Part shown: positions 24,501 through 37,600 of the stretch, piece by piece | Position numbering within the stretch: position 1 is the first letter of the stretch | How the letters are laid out: each line of letters begins with the position of its first letter | DNA from: Octopus vulgaris | Taxonomy: Eukaryota | Assembly (NCBI GenBank): GCA_951406725.2 | Contig: OX597822.1 | Location: 37,262,001-37,326,000, forward strand | Length of the DNA stretch: 64,000 nucleotides | Direction: 5' to 3' | The notes under the pieces: model-generated | What the model saw: only the letters and a program-made list of their open reading frames with translations | Told to the model about the DNA's origin: nothing | Databases searched by the model: none | Made by a program: the position numbers and the translations under genes

Positions 24501-27500
24501 TCATAGGGCCAGCTAGTGATGATAATAATCGTTAAGTGTGCTCTTGAAAAATTACTCACCTGGTAGTCAAAGGTTAGGTCAACTGAAGTTCCCACCATGG
24601 CAACTTCAAGCTCATTGTGTATCCAGCTGAAACAACAACATTTTCTATTATTGGAAAATGTCACATATCCCTGTAAACATACATACACATATGCATACTT
24701 ATTCATATACAGGTACACCACCAATATTCAAGTAACTGATGGTCCAGAACTTCTTTTAATCCAGATATGATTATGTGAAGATTTTCATCACATAATTACG
24801 TGAAGACATCAATTTCTCATAACCATTTCACAACATCCATTTATTCACAATGTGTTACAATAACATATCATGAAAGATGACACTCTCTTTCTAACCTAAA
24901 TTATGATAATATAAGATGTATGTGTTTAACCCTTTTACTATAGAATTCAGTTATATCCACTCAAAATTTCATTACTCTTAACGTTAGAAAGCAGTTTTAT
25001 ATACAAGTCTATCTTATGTCGAGGAATGTCAGGTTTGAAACCATTTTTTGTTGAGGTATATATGTAAAGTCTACTGAGACAATGTGACTGGCAGAAAATA
25101 CCAACTCATTTTTTGGTCGATATTTATCATCGTTACAGAAATAACCATGAAATTCAATTTTGCAATTAAAGGGTTAAAACTAAATCTAACACCACATATA
25201 AACTCCTTAAAGACTATCTGTGAAAAGTGAAAATACAAAGAAAATACAGTGTCTCAGCATGAAACTAAATATATCCCTTTATGGTTATGTTTGAAGAGAG
25301 GGTCCAGTGAGGGCCCAGTGGTTAGGAGGTTAATGTAAGGCATTAGATTTTACGTTAAATATTTATACTTTCATACTATTATAGCTGAGAGGTTTAAAAG
25401 AATGTTTCCACCTTGGTGACAGGTTTCTTGTGTTGTAAAGGTTTATAAGTAAAAAGAAAGTTATTGGTAACATGGCAGCTGTCTTAGAGAAATTTTCCCT
25501 GAATTATTATCACAAGACTACATTTGTTCCAGCAAAATGGATAACCTGGCATGGATCTGGAACAAAGAGTGCCAGAAAATTGGTTGTACTACCTTTATGC
25601 TATATGCACATACATATAACTGTAAATATACAGACATAGACATGCTTGTTCACATATTTATTCAGATAAGTGCATATAGATGTGGTTGTAAACATAACAT
25701 GTATCAAATTTAAATGAAAACAAACTAAGATAAATAGCTCAGAGTGGTCTATGGCAGGTATATGAACAACAGCCAAATAAAGGTATATCAAATACCATAC
25801 AACACAAATTTTTAACCAGATCTATACGAAGTGGCAAGATAATTTCAAGAATCAAGTATTCTCCAAAGTTTATATGCCATTAACCCTTTTGATACCAACT
25901 GCCTAAGACTACCTTGGGTCCTATAATAAAGTGATCTGAATTAAAACCTTCCATCAAAATTTCATGTTAATTTATGCTCCAAAAACCAGCTTCATAAAGC
26001 AAAGTTATTTTACTAAATTCTTCATTATTTCCAAAATTAATTAAAACCAAAGTAATGCATTTCAATAGACATTTGATAATAAAAGGGTTATGGGAAAGGA
26101 GAGGATTAGTGTCTGAAGATAAGATGACAGCCATGGACATGTGTTTCTGCTTCAAAAGGTGTCATCAGAACAACACACACACGTGCACATACATATTTAC
26201 ATACTTATTCAAACATGTGCATGCAGAGATTCCTATAAACACACACATGAAACAACACTCAATCAAACATTTACATGCATTCACATAAATTTATTTTAAA
26301 GTACTCCTACACATATTTACATACACAAATTTAAATGGAAAAAAACCCAGCTACACCAACAAACTCAAGCACATATATGTGCATATATATATATGTGCAT
26401 ATATATATATATGTGTGTGTGGGTGTGTATATGTATACATGAAAACTGACATACCTAGGTATATGCTGAAGGATTTGAAGTGTTTCTATACAGAAATATA
26501 TTCAACTACACATTTATACAAAGACCACCATCATTTTAACATCCACTTTTCCATGCTGGTATGGGTAGGATAGAATTTGTTGAGGCAGATTTTGTATGGC
26601 TCAATGCCCTTCCTGTCACCAACACATACCAGTTTCCAAGTTAGGTAATGTTTCCCAATGGCCAGATGTATTTTCATGGAAGATTAGAAATGAAGGACAC
26701 CGCTTATATTACGATGACACTTGTTTACAACTACCACACAATGCCAAGTCAAAGAGACAGCAACTCACTCACATACACAAATACATACAAACATATATAC
26801 ATATAGGCATAGGAGTGGCTGTGTTATAAGTTGCTTGCTTACGAACCACATGGTTCCAGGTTCAGTCCCACTGTGTGGCACCTTGGGCAAGTGTCTTCTA
26901 CTAAAGCCTCGGGCTGACCAAAGCCTTGTGAGTGGATTTGGTAGACGGAAACTGAAAGAAGCCCGACATATATATAAATAAGCCCGATATATATATAATG
27001 TGTGTGTTTGTCCTCCCAACATCGCTTGACAATCGATGCTGTTGTGTTTACATCCCTGTAACTTAGCGGTTCGGCAAAAGAGACAGATAGAATAAGTCCT
27101 GGGGTTAATTTGCTCGACTAAAGGCAGTGCACCAGCATGGCCACAGTCAAATGACTGAAACATTAAAAGGAATAAGAGTAATATATAAATATATATATAA
27201 TTACACACACATGCATATACACACACAATGGGCTTTTTTCAGTTTCTATGTACCAAATCCACTCGGAACGCTTTGAACAGCCCAGGGCTATAGAAGATAC
27301 TAACCTAAGGTGCTGCACAGTAGGACTGAACTCAGAATATGTGGTTGGGAAGCAAGCTTCTCAACCACACATGTATTTATTTAAAATGCTTTTACACATA
27401 TGCTAATTATATACACACATTTAAACACAGAAATAAAGTAACACCAACATATGCATCTCATACAAATTCATCCATCCACATGTGCATGCATGCATACACA

Positions 27501-30500
27501 CTGAAATGTTTCAAAATGCTTCTGTGCCAACCATACACTGACATATCAGCTTACCTGGGAGTCATAAAACAACTCCAGTATAGACTAACCACTGTCTGAA
27601 AAATGACAGTTCAACTCCAATGACATTTGCCCACCTGTTCACTTTCACCTTTATAACCACTGATTGATTGCATTTTTTAGGAACTAATTACATCATTTAC
27701 TAAACAATACAACAGATGGTAAACACCACGACCTCTATCTCGGCCACCACCACAACCACCTTATCACCGAAGTGATCACCACCCATTCATCATTTCTATT
27801 CTATAATTCATGTAATTAATAATCTTGTTAACCCAAAATCTTTGCACAGCTGGTGACCAGGAGAGATGAACCTCTGTTCAACAGATTGACCTTTACTACA
27901 AATTTATAGATGAACTATGTAGATCTCTCTCTCTCTCTCTCTCTCTTTTGAACAGACACACACATAACACAGGTAAAATATATAAAGGACCATTGATAGC
28001 TAAACTTTCATTCTCAGCAAGACAAGGTGGTTACTTGATCTGCTACTAAAAGCAGACCAATAATTTCCTTCAAATTTCACTCTACTGGCTTATACCTTTT
28101 TGATACTAACCCTCTTGAGACTGCCACTGGTTCTATGATACAAATTTCTTGTTTAAATTGATTTAAATTAAAAGCTTTCATAAGAACTTTATGTTAATTT
28201 ATGTCCCAATTATAAAACTAATAATAACAAAGTTATTTCACTAAATTCTTCCTTATTTTTAAAATTAATCGCAACAAAGGCAGTGTGTATTTCAACAGAA
28301 ATGTGGCAACGAAAGGGTTTAAAAAAGTATACTTAGACATTGTAATCTTAAGTTCCAGTATAATATGCTTAGAAAATAGATGAAGCCACACAGAGAGAAA
28401 ATAGACCCAAAAGGCTGAAGGGTTTAGTGAGGATAGGGGTCAACCCCAGTAAACAGTGACTGAGTGTCTATACGTCTGTGTGACTTAATGACATGAAAAC
28501 AAAATATTAGAATCAAACAAGAAACATCTACATGGGAATAAAAACAAGGTGTGTCTTACCATTTTCTGAGTCTAGCATTAAAGAGTGGTGCTTCATATCG
28601 AGGGTTGGTACCAATCAAAAGAACAAGATCTGCTTCCTCAATCCCAGCAATGGTTGTGTTGAGTAGATAGTTTGACCTAATATCAGTGCTAGATGGTGAG
28701 AAAAAAACCCAAATAAAACAACAATCAATTCATTAATCATATAATTAATGGACAAGTTACAGTCATTACTGTAACTAACAGGCATTATTTATCTTTATTC
28801 ATTATCATCCCTAACTTTATATCTTAAAGTGGGGTGACTAGGTTTACACTATTACCTCTATGCATTGATTGTTGTGCAATAAGACGGACTATGAGGTATG
28901 ATATTAAAATACTAATCACAACAACTAACTTGAGTTCAAACCTTGCAGCAGTCAATACTGTTCCTGGGCAAGGTACATATTACTCTATTAATTTCAGTCT
29001 ACAAAAATTTAGATCTCAAAACACTACCTCATGTTAAAGACAACAGAAAATTTGTTAAAGTAAATTTAACTGCAACAGTGAGCAATGTTAATGACTACAC
29101 TAGAAACCTCCTTCACATATTTGTGATCACCATTTCAAAGACTTTAAGGGGGATTTAGCTACAATATTGACCAAACTCAAGTGATGACATGGAAGCCTCT
29201 TGATTAACTTTTAGAGAAGATTTAGCAGCTCCATCAAGGAATTATTCCACTAGTTTGTAGAGAAAATCCTTACACCATGAGTGAGTGTACAGCATGCCTC
29301 TATATTGTCCAACTTGGTATCATCTATTTGAGATACAGGATTTGCTGTGTTCAAGTCTCCTTGATTAGTGGTCAAACTTACAGTTAAACAAACAACCATT
29401 AGTGTTAAGATAATCAAAGATACTTCAAGTATGTAGAGGTTATGAATGATGTAAATCTAACAGTGCTGGTTTCAAGCTGTTAAGAGAATGAGAAGCAAAC
29501 CATCTCATGATGGCAAAACCTGCAAATGAGTCTATTAAGGTATCAACTTCTGTTAAGGGATTTTAAAAGAAAATAATTGAATCTAGAGAAGAGGATCATT
29601 GCCCACAGCCTCTCTAGGCAACTCCACAACTGGTAAATAGGGACTGTTAAAGGATGTTACTATAGTCAACATTCAGTAATACAGTTTACAGTCAATGTAG
29701 AGTCAAAGAGGAAATGTTGGATTACTTATCACACAGACACAGGTTCAAAGCTTGCTACGGGTACTGTGTGCACATAGATAATGCATAAGATATACTTGCT
29801 TCAGAGGCTGGAGAAAGATCTCATTACCTGCCTCAGGGGAAAGTGACAAATCTAGCTCTACTTGTCTCCGAGGCTGAGGACAAATCTAACTGTACTTGCC
29901 TCAGGGGTTGGGGAAAAATCTAACTACTTACTTCAGGAACTGGAAACAAATCTAACTAGTTGCTTTGAGGGCTGGGGAGAAATCCAGAAAAGATGAGAAT
30001 TCACATGAAACCTTACCCAGCACCATTCATTGGGAAACTTTCCTCAGTGCAAAGTGCTTCGCTGCCCAGCCTGTTCAAAAAATCTTTCAAAACAATGAGA
30101 GATTCAGCATCGGCCATACCGCCAACAACAGCACCGATTTCATCATCAGACACAGCATTCACCTAAATGGGACAAGACACAATATATACAAGTCAAAAAA
30201 TAAATAAAATAAATGTGCCCTTTTTAAAGCCTAGCCAGGCTCATGGGCTCGGTTTCCCGGTTTCAATGGCGTATGTGTTCCCCAGCTGGACGGGACGCCA
30301 GTCCATCGCAGCGTTACTCATTTTTGCCAGCTGAGTGAACTGGAGCAACATGAAATGAAGTGTTTTGCTCAAGAACACAACACGTCGCCCAGTCCAGGAA
30401 TCAAAACCACAATCTTACAATCATGGTGCTGACACCCTAACCACTAAGCTACGCACCTCCACATACAAGTCAAAAATAGAAAAAAAAAACCTTTTTACAC

Positions 30501-31380
30501 TTTCTTATATTCCTTTTGTTTTTCACTGTCTTACATTCATTTTGTTGCATGTTTTCACAAATGGATTCCATGTTGGAGCAAATTTAGTTAAGAAGATCAA
30601 TTCGAAACCATGCAGTCCCACATGTGATTTTACTCAAGTATCTTCTAACATAACATGAGATAACAAGGCTATATGACCAAAATTTGAGCATGTGTATATA
30701 CATATATAAATCATCATTGTTTTAACATTCATTTTCCATGCTTGTATGGATTGGACAAAATTTATTGAGGCAGATTCTCTACAGCTGGATGCTCTTCCTG
30801 TTACCTATCCTCACCTATTTTCAAGTAAGGTAATATTCCCCATGACCAATCGTGTTTTCATGGAAGATTGGAAATGAAAGGCATTGCTTGAATGATGGTG
30901 ACATCCACTTACAACAATCACATGAAGTCAAAGCAAGGAGACAGTCACACAGAACACACACGACAGGCTTCTTTCAGTTTCCATTTGCTAGATCCATTCA
31001 CAAGGCTTTGGTCAGCCCAGGGCTACAGTAAAAGATACTTTCCCAAGGTGCCATGTAGTTGGGGAGTAAAGTTCCCACCACACAGCCACACTCAAACAAA
31101 ATTCACTGAGCCAGATTTTATATGGAAGGACATTCTTCTTTACCAAGCCCCACTTGTTTCCAAGCAAGGTAATATTTTCCCTAGTGTTTTGAACATAAAA
31201 CAGCACTGGGGTCCATTAATTCTTCATTGGCATGTTTCTCATAGAAGATTGCAAATAAAGCCCACTGCTAATGTGTTGGTGAAGTTTGTTTACAATTAGC
31301 ACATAATATCAAGACAAGGACATTGGAACAAATACACCCCACCCCCATATATATATATATACATATATATATATACACAC

Positions 31381-31411
<31 letters not shown>

Positions 31412-31594
31412 CACACACATATATATATACACACACATATATATATACACACACATATATATATACACACACACATATATATATACACACACATATATAT
31501 ATACACACACACATATATATATACACACACATATATATATACACACACATATATATATACACACACATATATATATACACACACATATATATAT

Positions 31595-31646
<52 letters not shown>

Positions 31647-34600
31647 CAAGGGCACTAAGAAGCACCAGCTTTGCTAAAAATAGGAGTCAAAACATTCTGA
31701 AGCCACAAGAATTCACACTGACTTCAGAGTGCTTTTGACTCCTATTTTTAGCAAAGCTGGTATTTTTAGTGCCTTTGTTATATGTAATTCTTATATACAG
31801 TCTATACAGTTTTAAGCTTGTGGCCACTAATATTGTTATCTCTTATGAGTAACAATGTTCTGGAGCCTACTGGCAAGTGTTCAAAGGGAAATTTGACAGG
31901 ATAGTCATTCACCTGCTGGCATTCATTGATGCTGCATCGAAGAAACCAAAGAACAAAAGGCCAAAGATAAAAACCGCATTCAACACCAGAGCTGAAGACA
32001 CTTCCAAAAGGGGGTAGCCCTGCCACGTTGAAAATGGTAGAGGAGTAGGGGCTGAAACTGGATGCAGTTCCTCCTGATGATGTCCTTGGCCACTGGATCC
32101 TATAAAGGAGCTGTTGAAGTAACGAACCATAAAATGGGGTTGGAATATCCCCTATATATATGCGCACATGTATGTGCGTGTTTGTGTGTATAGCAAGTTT
32201 CTTTTACTTTCCATTTACCAAATCCACACATGAAAGATTTTGTCAGCTGGATCAATAGCAGAACATACATGATCAGCATGCTGCATGGTGAGACTGGACC
32301 CAAAACTATTGCCTGCAAAACGAACTTCTTAAGCATATGGCAGTACCTGGGAGAGAAGGAGGAATGAAATTACAGATAGGAATGGATGGTCAATGTGTAT
32401 GTGTGTGTGTGTCTTTGTGTGAGCGTGTGTGTATCTTTGTGCAAGCGTGTAAATATGAAAGATTTACCTTCTCAGCTGCAGTATGCAAAGCGTCCTCCCA
32501 ATCAGTCTGGACTAACACACCATTGCTGTTCTTAATGTAAGGGACAGTCAGACGCTGCCTTTTCAGACCATCATAGGCAAACCGAGTCTTGTCAGAAATC
32601 CATTCCTCGTTTATTTCCTGCCATGAAAAAATGAGAACCATCACCATTTGAAACAATTTTTAATCTATTTCAATTCAATCAGACAATAATACCTCAGTAT
32701 AACACAGTGCAATATTGGTACTAGCATTCCGTTGGTTACAATGAGGAGGTCTCCGATCTGACCAACGGAACAGCCTGCTCATGGAATTAAGATGCAAGTG
32801 GCTGAGCACTCCACAGACACATGTACCCTTAACGTAGTTCTCAGGGAGATTCAGCAGGACACAAAATGTGACAAGGTTGGCTCTTTGAATTACAGGTACA
32901 ACTCATTTTTGCAAGCTGAGTTGATTGGAGCAATGTGAAATGAAGTGTCTTTCTCAAGAGTACAATGAGCCACCAGGAATTGAACTAATGATCTTACGAT
33001 CATGAGATGAATACCCCTAACCACTAAGCTACATACCTGCAATATTGAAATTAAGAATAACCTAGCAATAATTCTACTTCTACCTATTTTGTATCGTTGT
33101 TCTTTACTTAGTTATAACAACCACAGCTGAGGTCATGCTGGAGTATTACATATGGTCTTAGGCTTAAAAAGACAGGATGGTCATTGGGAGGGATGGCTTT
33201 AATCGGAAGTCAGTCCAGTCGGGGTTCATCTGAGTTTTAAGTAATAATGACTTGTAATTTAGCTTGCTTGATTTCTGGGAAAGTGAAGATAAAGTTAGGA
33301 TTTAATCAGTGCTCATGCTTTAATTAATAAAATGGTATGCTTCTTTAGTACATTCAGTGCTTTAGTGGACTCTCGTGCCATAGACGACAGATAAGGGTTC
33401 TGCAATTTCTTGCTGAACAACCTGCACAGATGTTTTGTGTATAGCAACCGAATGATTGTGTCATTCATTAGCTCATTCCTTCAATCAAATCGACATTGTC
33501 TATACAGGTGCATGGTGTGCTACATATCAGAAGTGATTATAGAACAATCATCATCATTTAACGCCTGGCATGGGTTGGACAGTTTGACTGGGCTAACACG
33601 CTGGAAGGCTGCACCAGACACCAGTCTGATTTGGCATGGGTTTCTATGGCTGGATGTCATTCCTAATGCCAACCACTCCGAGAGTGTAATGGGTGCTATT
33701 ACATATCACAGGCATGGGTGCCATTTGCATGATACTGGGGTGCGTTTACGTGCCACCAGTATGGGTGCCAATTTGTGTGACACCAGTGTCTCCCACAACT
33801 GTGATTTTGCTCGGCTTGATGGGTCTTCTTCTCTAGCACAACATAATGCCAAAGGTCTTGGTCATTGTTTCCGTGAGGCCCAACGTCAAGTAAAATGTTT
33901 TGCTCAAGAACACAACATACTGTCCAACCCAGGAATCGAAACCACAATCTTGCAATCATAAATGCAACACGCAAACCACTAAGCTGCATGCCTTCACTTT
34001 AGTGCTTTACTACATCCCAGAAATTGTTTTTGAATAGTTTCCATCTTCAGTTCAAATCTACTTAATGCTGGTGTTCATGTTTCCCTGTTTCCAGGGGAGT
34101 ATATTTTACTCATCATTGCCTCAGTACTTGAATAAGATAAGAAATAGATACAAAACCATCTTAGTGAGAGAAATATCAAGTGAGATAGCAGAGTTTTCTA
34201 TCCTGGTGGAAGACATGCCTATCCTCTCAGATTCTCAATGCTATCAAACTGAAGTTAAGCACCAGTCCCTGAAGGACTCCTTGTTTGGAACCTGGTGAGA
34301 GGTAGCATTTGCTTTATTATTATTTATTAACTAATTTTGGTTATTAATTAATTAATTTTATTATTAATTTAAATTTATATTTTGAGAGACGAAAAGACAG
34401 TGAGTTGAGGCCCTGCTTACCTCATTCATCCGTGGCAGAATCCGCATCACTTCATTGGACCTTGTGCTCACAACAATATTGGAACCAATTGCGTCCATAA
34501 CATCAATACTTTCAGTTTTCCTGAAAAAAATATACCCCACATAATAACAATAACATTAATAATAATAACTATTTCAAATTTTTGCTACAAAGGCAGCTTG

Positions 34601-37600
34601 GGAGAGACGGGGAGGAGTCAATTACATTGACCCCAGTGTTCAACTAGTACTTATTTTATCAACCCCGGAAGGATGAAAGGCAAAGTCAACCTCGGCAGAA
34701 CTTGAACTCAGAACATGGCGATGGGCGAAATACCACTAAGCATTTCGTCCAGCATGCTAACAACTCTGCCAACTTGCCACCTAATAATGATAGCAATGAA
34801 GAGGAAGCAGATGATGATGGTGGTGATGACAATGATGACAGTGGTCCTTATTTATATTATCAGAAAATGACTGCTACTTATTTTATCAATTTCTATGAAG
34901 TACAGAAGGTAAAGTCACCTTTAGTGGGATTTGAACTCGGAATGTGAAAGAACATAACCAAAATACCAAAAGGAATTTAGTCACTCCACAACTCCACTCA
35001 TCATCATCATCGTTTAACGTCCACTTTCCATGCTGGCATGGGTTGGACGGTTTGGCTGAGGTATGGAGAGCCAGCAGCTGCACCAGGCTCCAATCTGATC
35101 TGGCAATGTTTATACAGCTGGATGCCCTTCCTACTGCCAACCGCTCCGAGTGTAGTGGGTGCTTTTTACGTGCCACTGGCAGATGAGCCAGTCAGGTGGA
35201 CCAAGCATTGACCACATTCGGATGGTGCTTTTTATGTGCCACTGGCACGGCAGCCAGTCTGGGAGTACTGGCATCGGCTACGTTTGGTTGGTGCTTTTTA
35301 CATGCCACTGGCATGGGAGCCAGTTAGGCAGACCTGGCATCAACCACGTTCAAATGGTGCTTTTTACGTGCAGGTACAGGCCCACCAATTTTGGGGAGAG
35401 GAAAATGTGAGTTATGCTGATACTTGGAAGTTGTCTGCCAACCCAAAAGGATGAATAAAATGCAAAGCTGACTCTAGCAGGCTCTAAACTCAGAATATAA
35501 AAAGCTGGAAATACACTCTTTTACATGTTTTGGTCATTTAACTGCGGCCATGCAGGAGCACAGCCTTTAGTTGAAGAAATCAACCACAGGACTTATTCTT
35601 TGTAAGCCTAGTACTGATTCTACAGGTCTCTTTTGCCGGACCGTTAAGTTTGGGGACATAAACCAACATTGGTTGTCAGGCGATGGCAAGAAGTGGGGGA
35701 AACAGACACACATATATATATATAAAATATGGGGGTTTAGTTCACAGGTGACTATGTATGCTAGGTAAGTGCTGTAACGGATAATAGGGCTCCAAGTTTA
35801 TAGCCAAGACAGTAGTTATGGAGCCATTGCAGATTACCGATATAGCAGATATATAATTGCTAAAGAGGACAACAAATGTTAAGGCAAGGCAAACATCTCT
35901 AGTCATATACATTATGACAGGCTTCTTTCAGTTTCTGTCTACCAAATCCACTCACAAGGCTTTGGTTGGCCCAAGGCTATAGAAGACACTTTCCAAAGGT
36001 GCCTCACAGTAGGTCTGAACCCAGAACTATGTAGTTGGTAAGCAAGCTTCTTACTACACTGTCACATTAACGTTTTGACCAAAACTGTAACAATTTTCTC
36101 CACCCACCAACTTTTTAATAATAATAACCCTTTCTACTCTAGGTCCAAGGCCTGAAATTTTAGTGAAGGGGACTAGTCAATTACATTGACCCCAGTACTC
36201 AACTGGTTCATATTTTATCAACCCCAAAAGGATGAAAGGCAAAGCTGACCCCAGCAGCATTTGGACTCAGAACATAACAGAAAAAATACCACTAAGCAAT
36301 TTTTCTGCTGCAGCTGCAGTGGTGGCAGCAGCAGCAACAACAACAATAATCCTTTCTTCTAAAGGCACAAGGCATGAATTTTTGATGGGAGGGGACTAGT
36401 TGATTACATCGACTCCAGGGTTTAATTGGTACTTAATATAATGGCTTCAAATTTTAACACAAGGCCAGCAATTTCAGAGCTGGGGGTAAGTCAGTTACAT
36501 TGCCCCCAGGGCATTTTATCGACCTAAAAGAATGAAAGACAAAGCCAACTGGAATTTGAACTCAGAACATAAAGATGGACAAAATGCTGCTTAACATTTT
36601 GCCTGGTGTGCTAATGAAGTACAATAATAATAATAATAATAATACCAATAATTACAGTAACTCCTTCTCATTTTGGCAAAAGGTTAGCAATTTTGAGGGG
36701 AGGGGGGATAAACAATTACATTGACACCAGTGTTCAACTAGTACTTACTTCATCCACCCCAAAAGGATGAAAGGCAAAACAGACCTTGATGGGATTTGAG
36801 CTCAGAATATAATGAAGAGCCACAAAGCATTTTGCATTTTGTCTAATGTGTTAATTCTACAAGCTCACCACCTCAATAATTATTTCAAATTTTTGCCACA
36901 TGGGCAGCTTGGGGGAGGTGGAGATGAGTTGATTACATCAACCCCAGTTTTCAACTGGTACTTATTTTATCAACCCTGAAAGGATGAAAGGCAAAACTGA
37001 CCACAGTGAAATTTGAACTCAGAATGTAGTGACGGTCAAAATACCGCTAAGCATTTCATCAAGCGTGCTAACAATTCTGCCAGCTCACCACCTTAATAAT
37101 AATAATAATAACCATAATGGATTCCAACTTTGGCAGAACGCTCCAAAATTGTGGGGAGGAGTGTAGTTGAGTGAGTCTGTAAATAACCAGTATCAAGAAA
37201 TATTTGTAAATGGTATTTGTTTCTTACCTAGTCTCCCAAGGACGAGCGGTGAAGGCGTAAGGTTTGGATGTCAAAGCGCCAACTGGACACAAATCAATGA
37301 CATTACCAGAGAGTTCCGACCGAAACATTTTTTCAACATATGTGCCGACCTCCATGTTGCTACCACGCCCAGTTGTTCCCAGATCATCCACTCCAGCAAC
37401 TTCACTGGCAAATCTGTATGATAAAGAGAAATGTATCATATAAAAGAAGAGAACCACAAGATTTAGTGAGGATATACATGTCTCTCATGTATGACAAAAA
37501 TACTTCCGAGTCTTGTACCATTTCTTTACTTGTTATTTATATGATTAGGTTCTTACAAACCGCTTGAATGTACGTTTAGGAACACACAGGTGACTATCCA

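Noticed and set aside
31268-31665. YIYIC-type ORFs
   Set aside because: Microsatellite artefacts (same for 57350-57815)
31802-32167. 121-aa ORF
   Set aside because: No recognisable motifs or splice context; likely decayed transposon sequence
33410-33961. Longest ORF in the track (183 aa)
   Set aside because: Read-through of SINE and RTE 3' UTR fragments; no protein family signature
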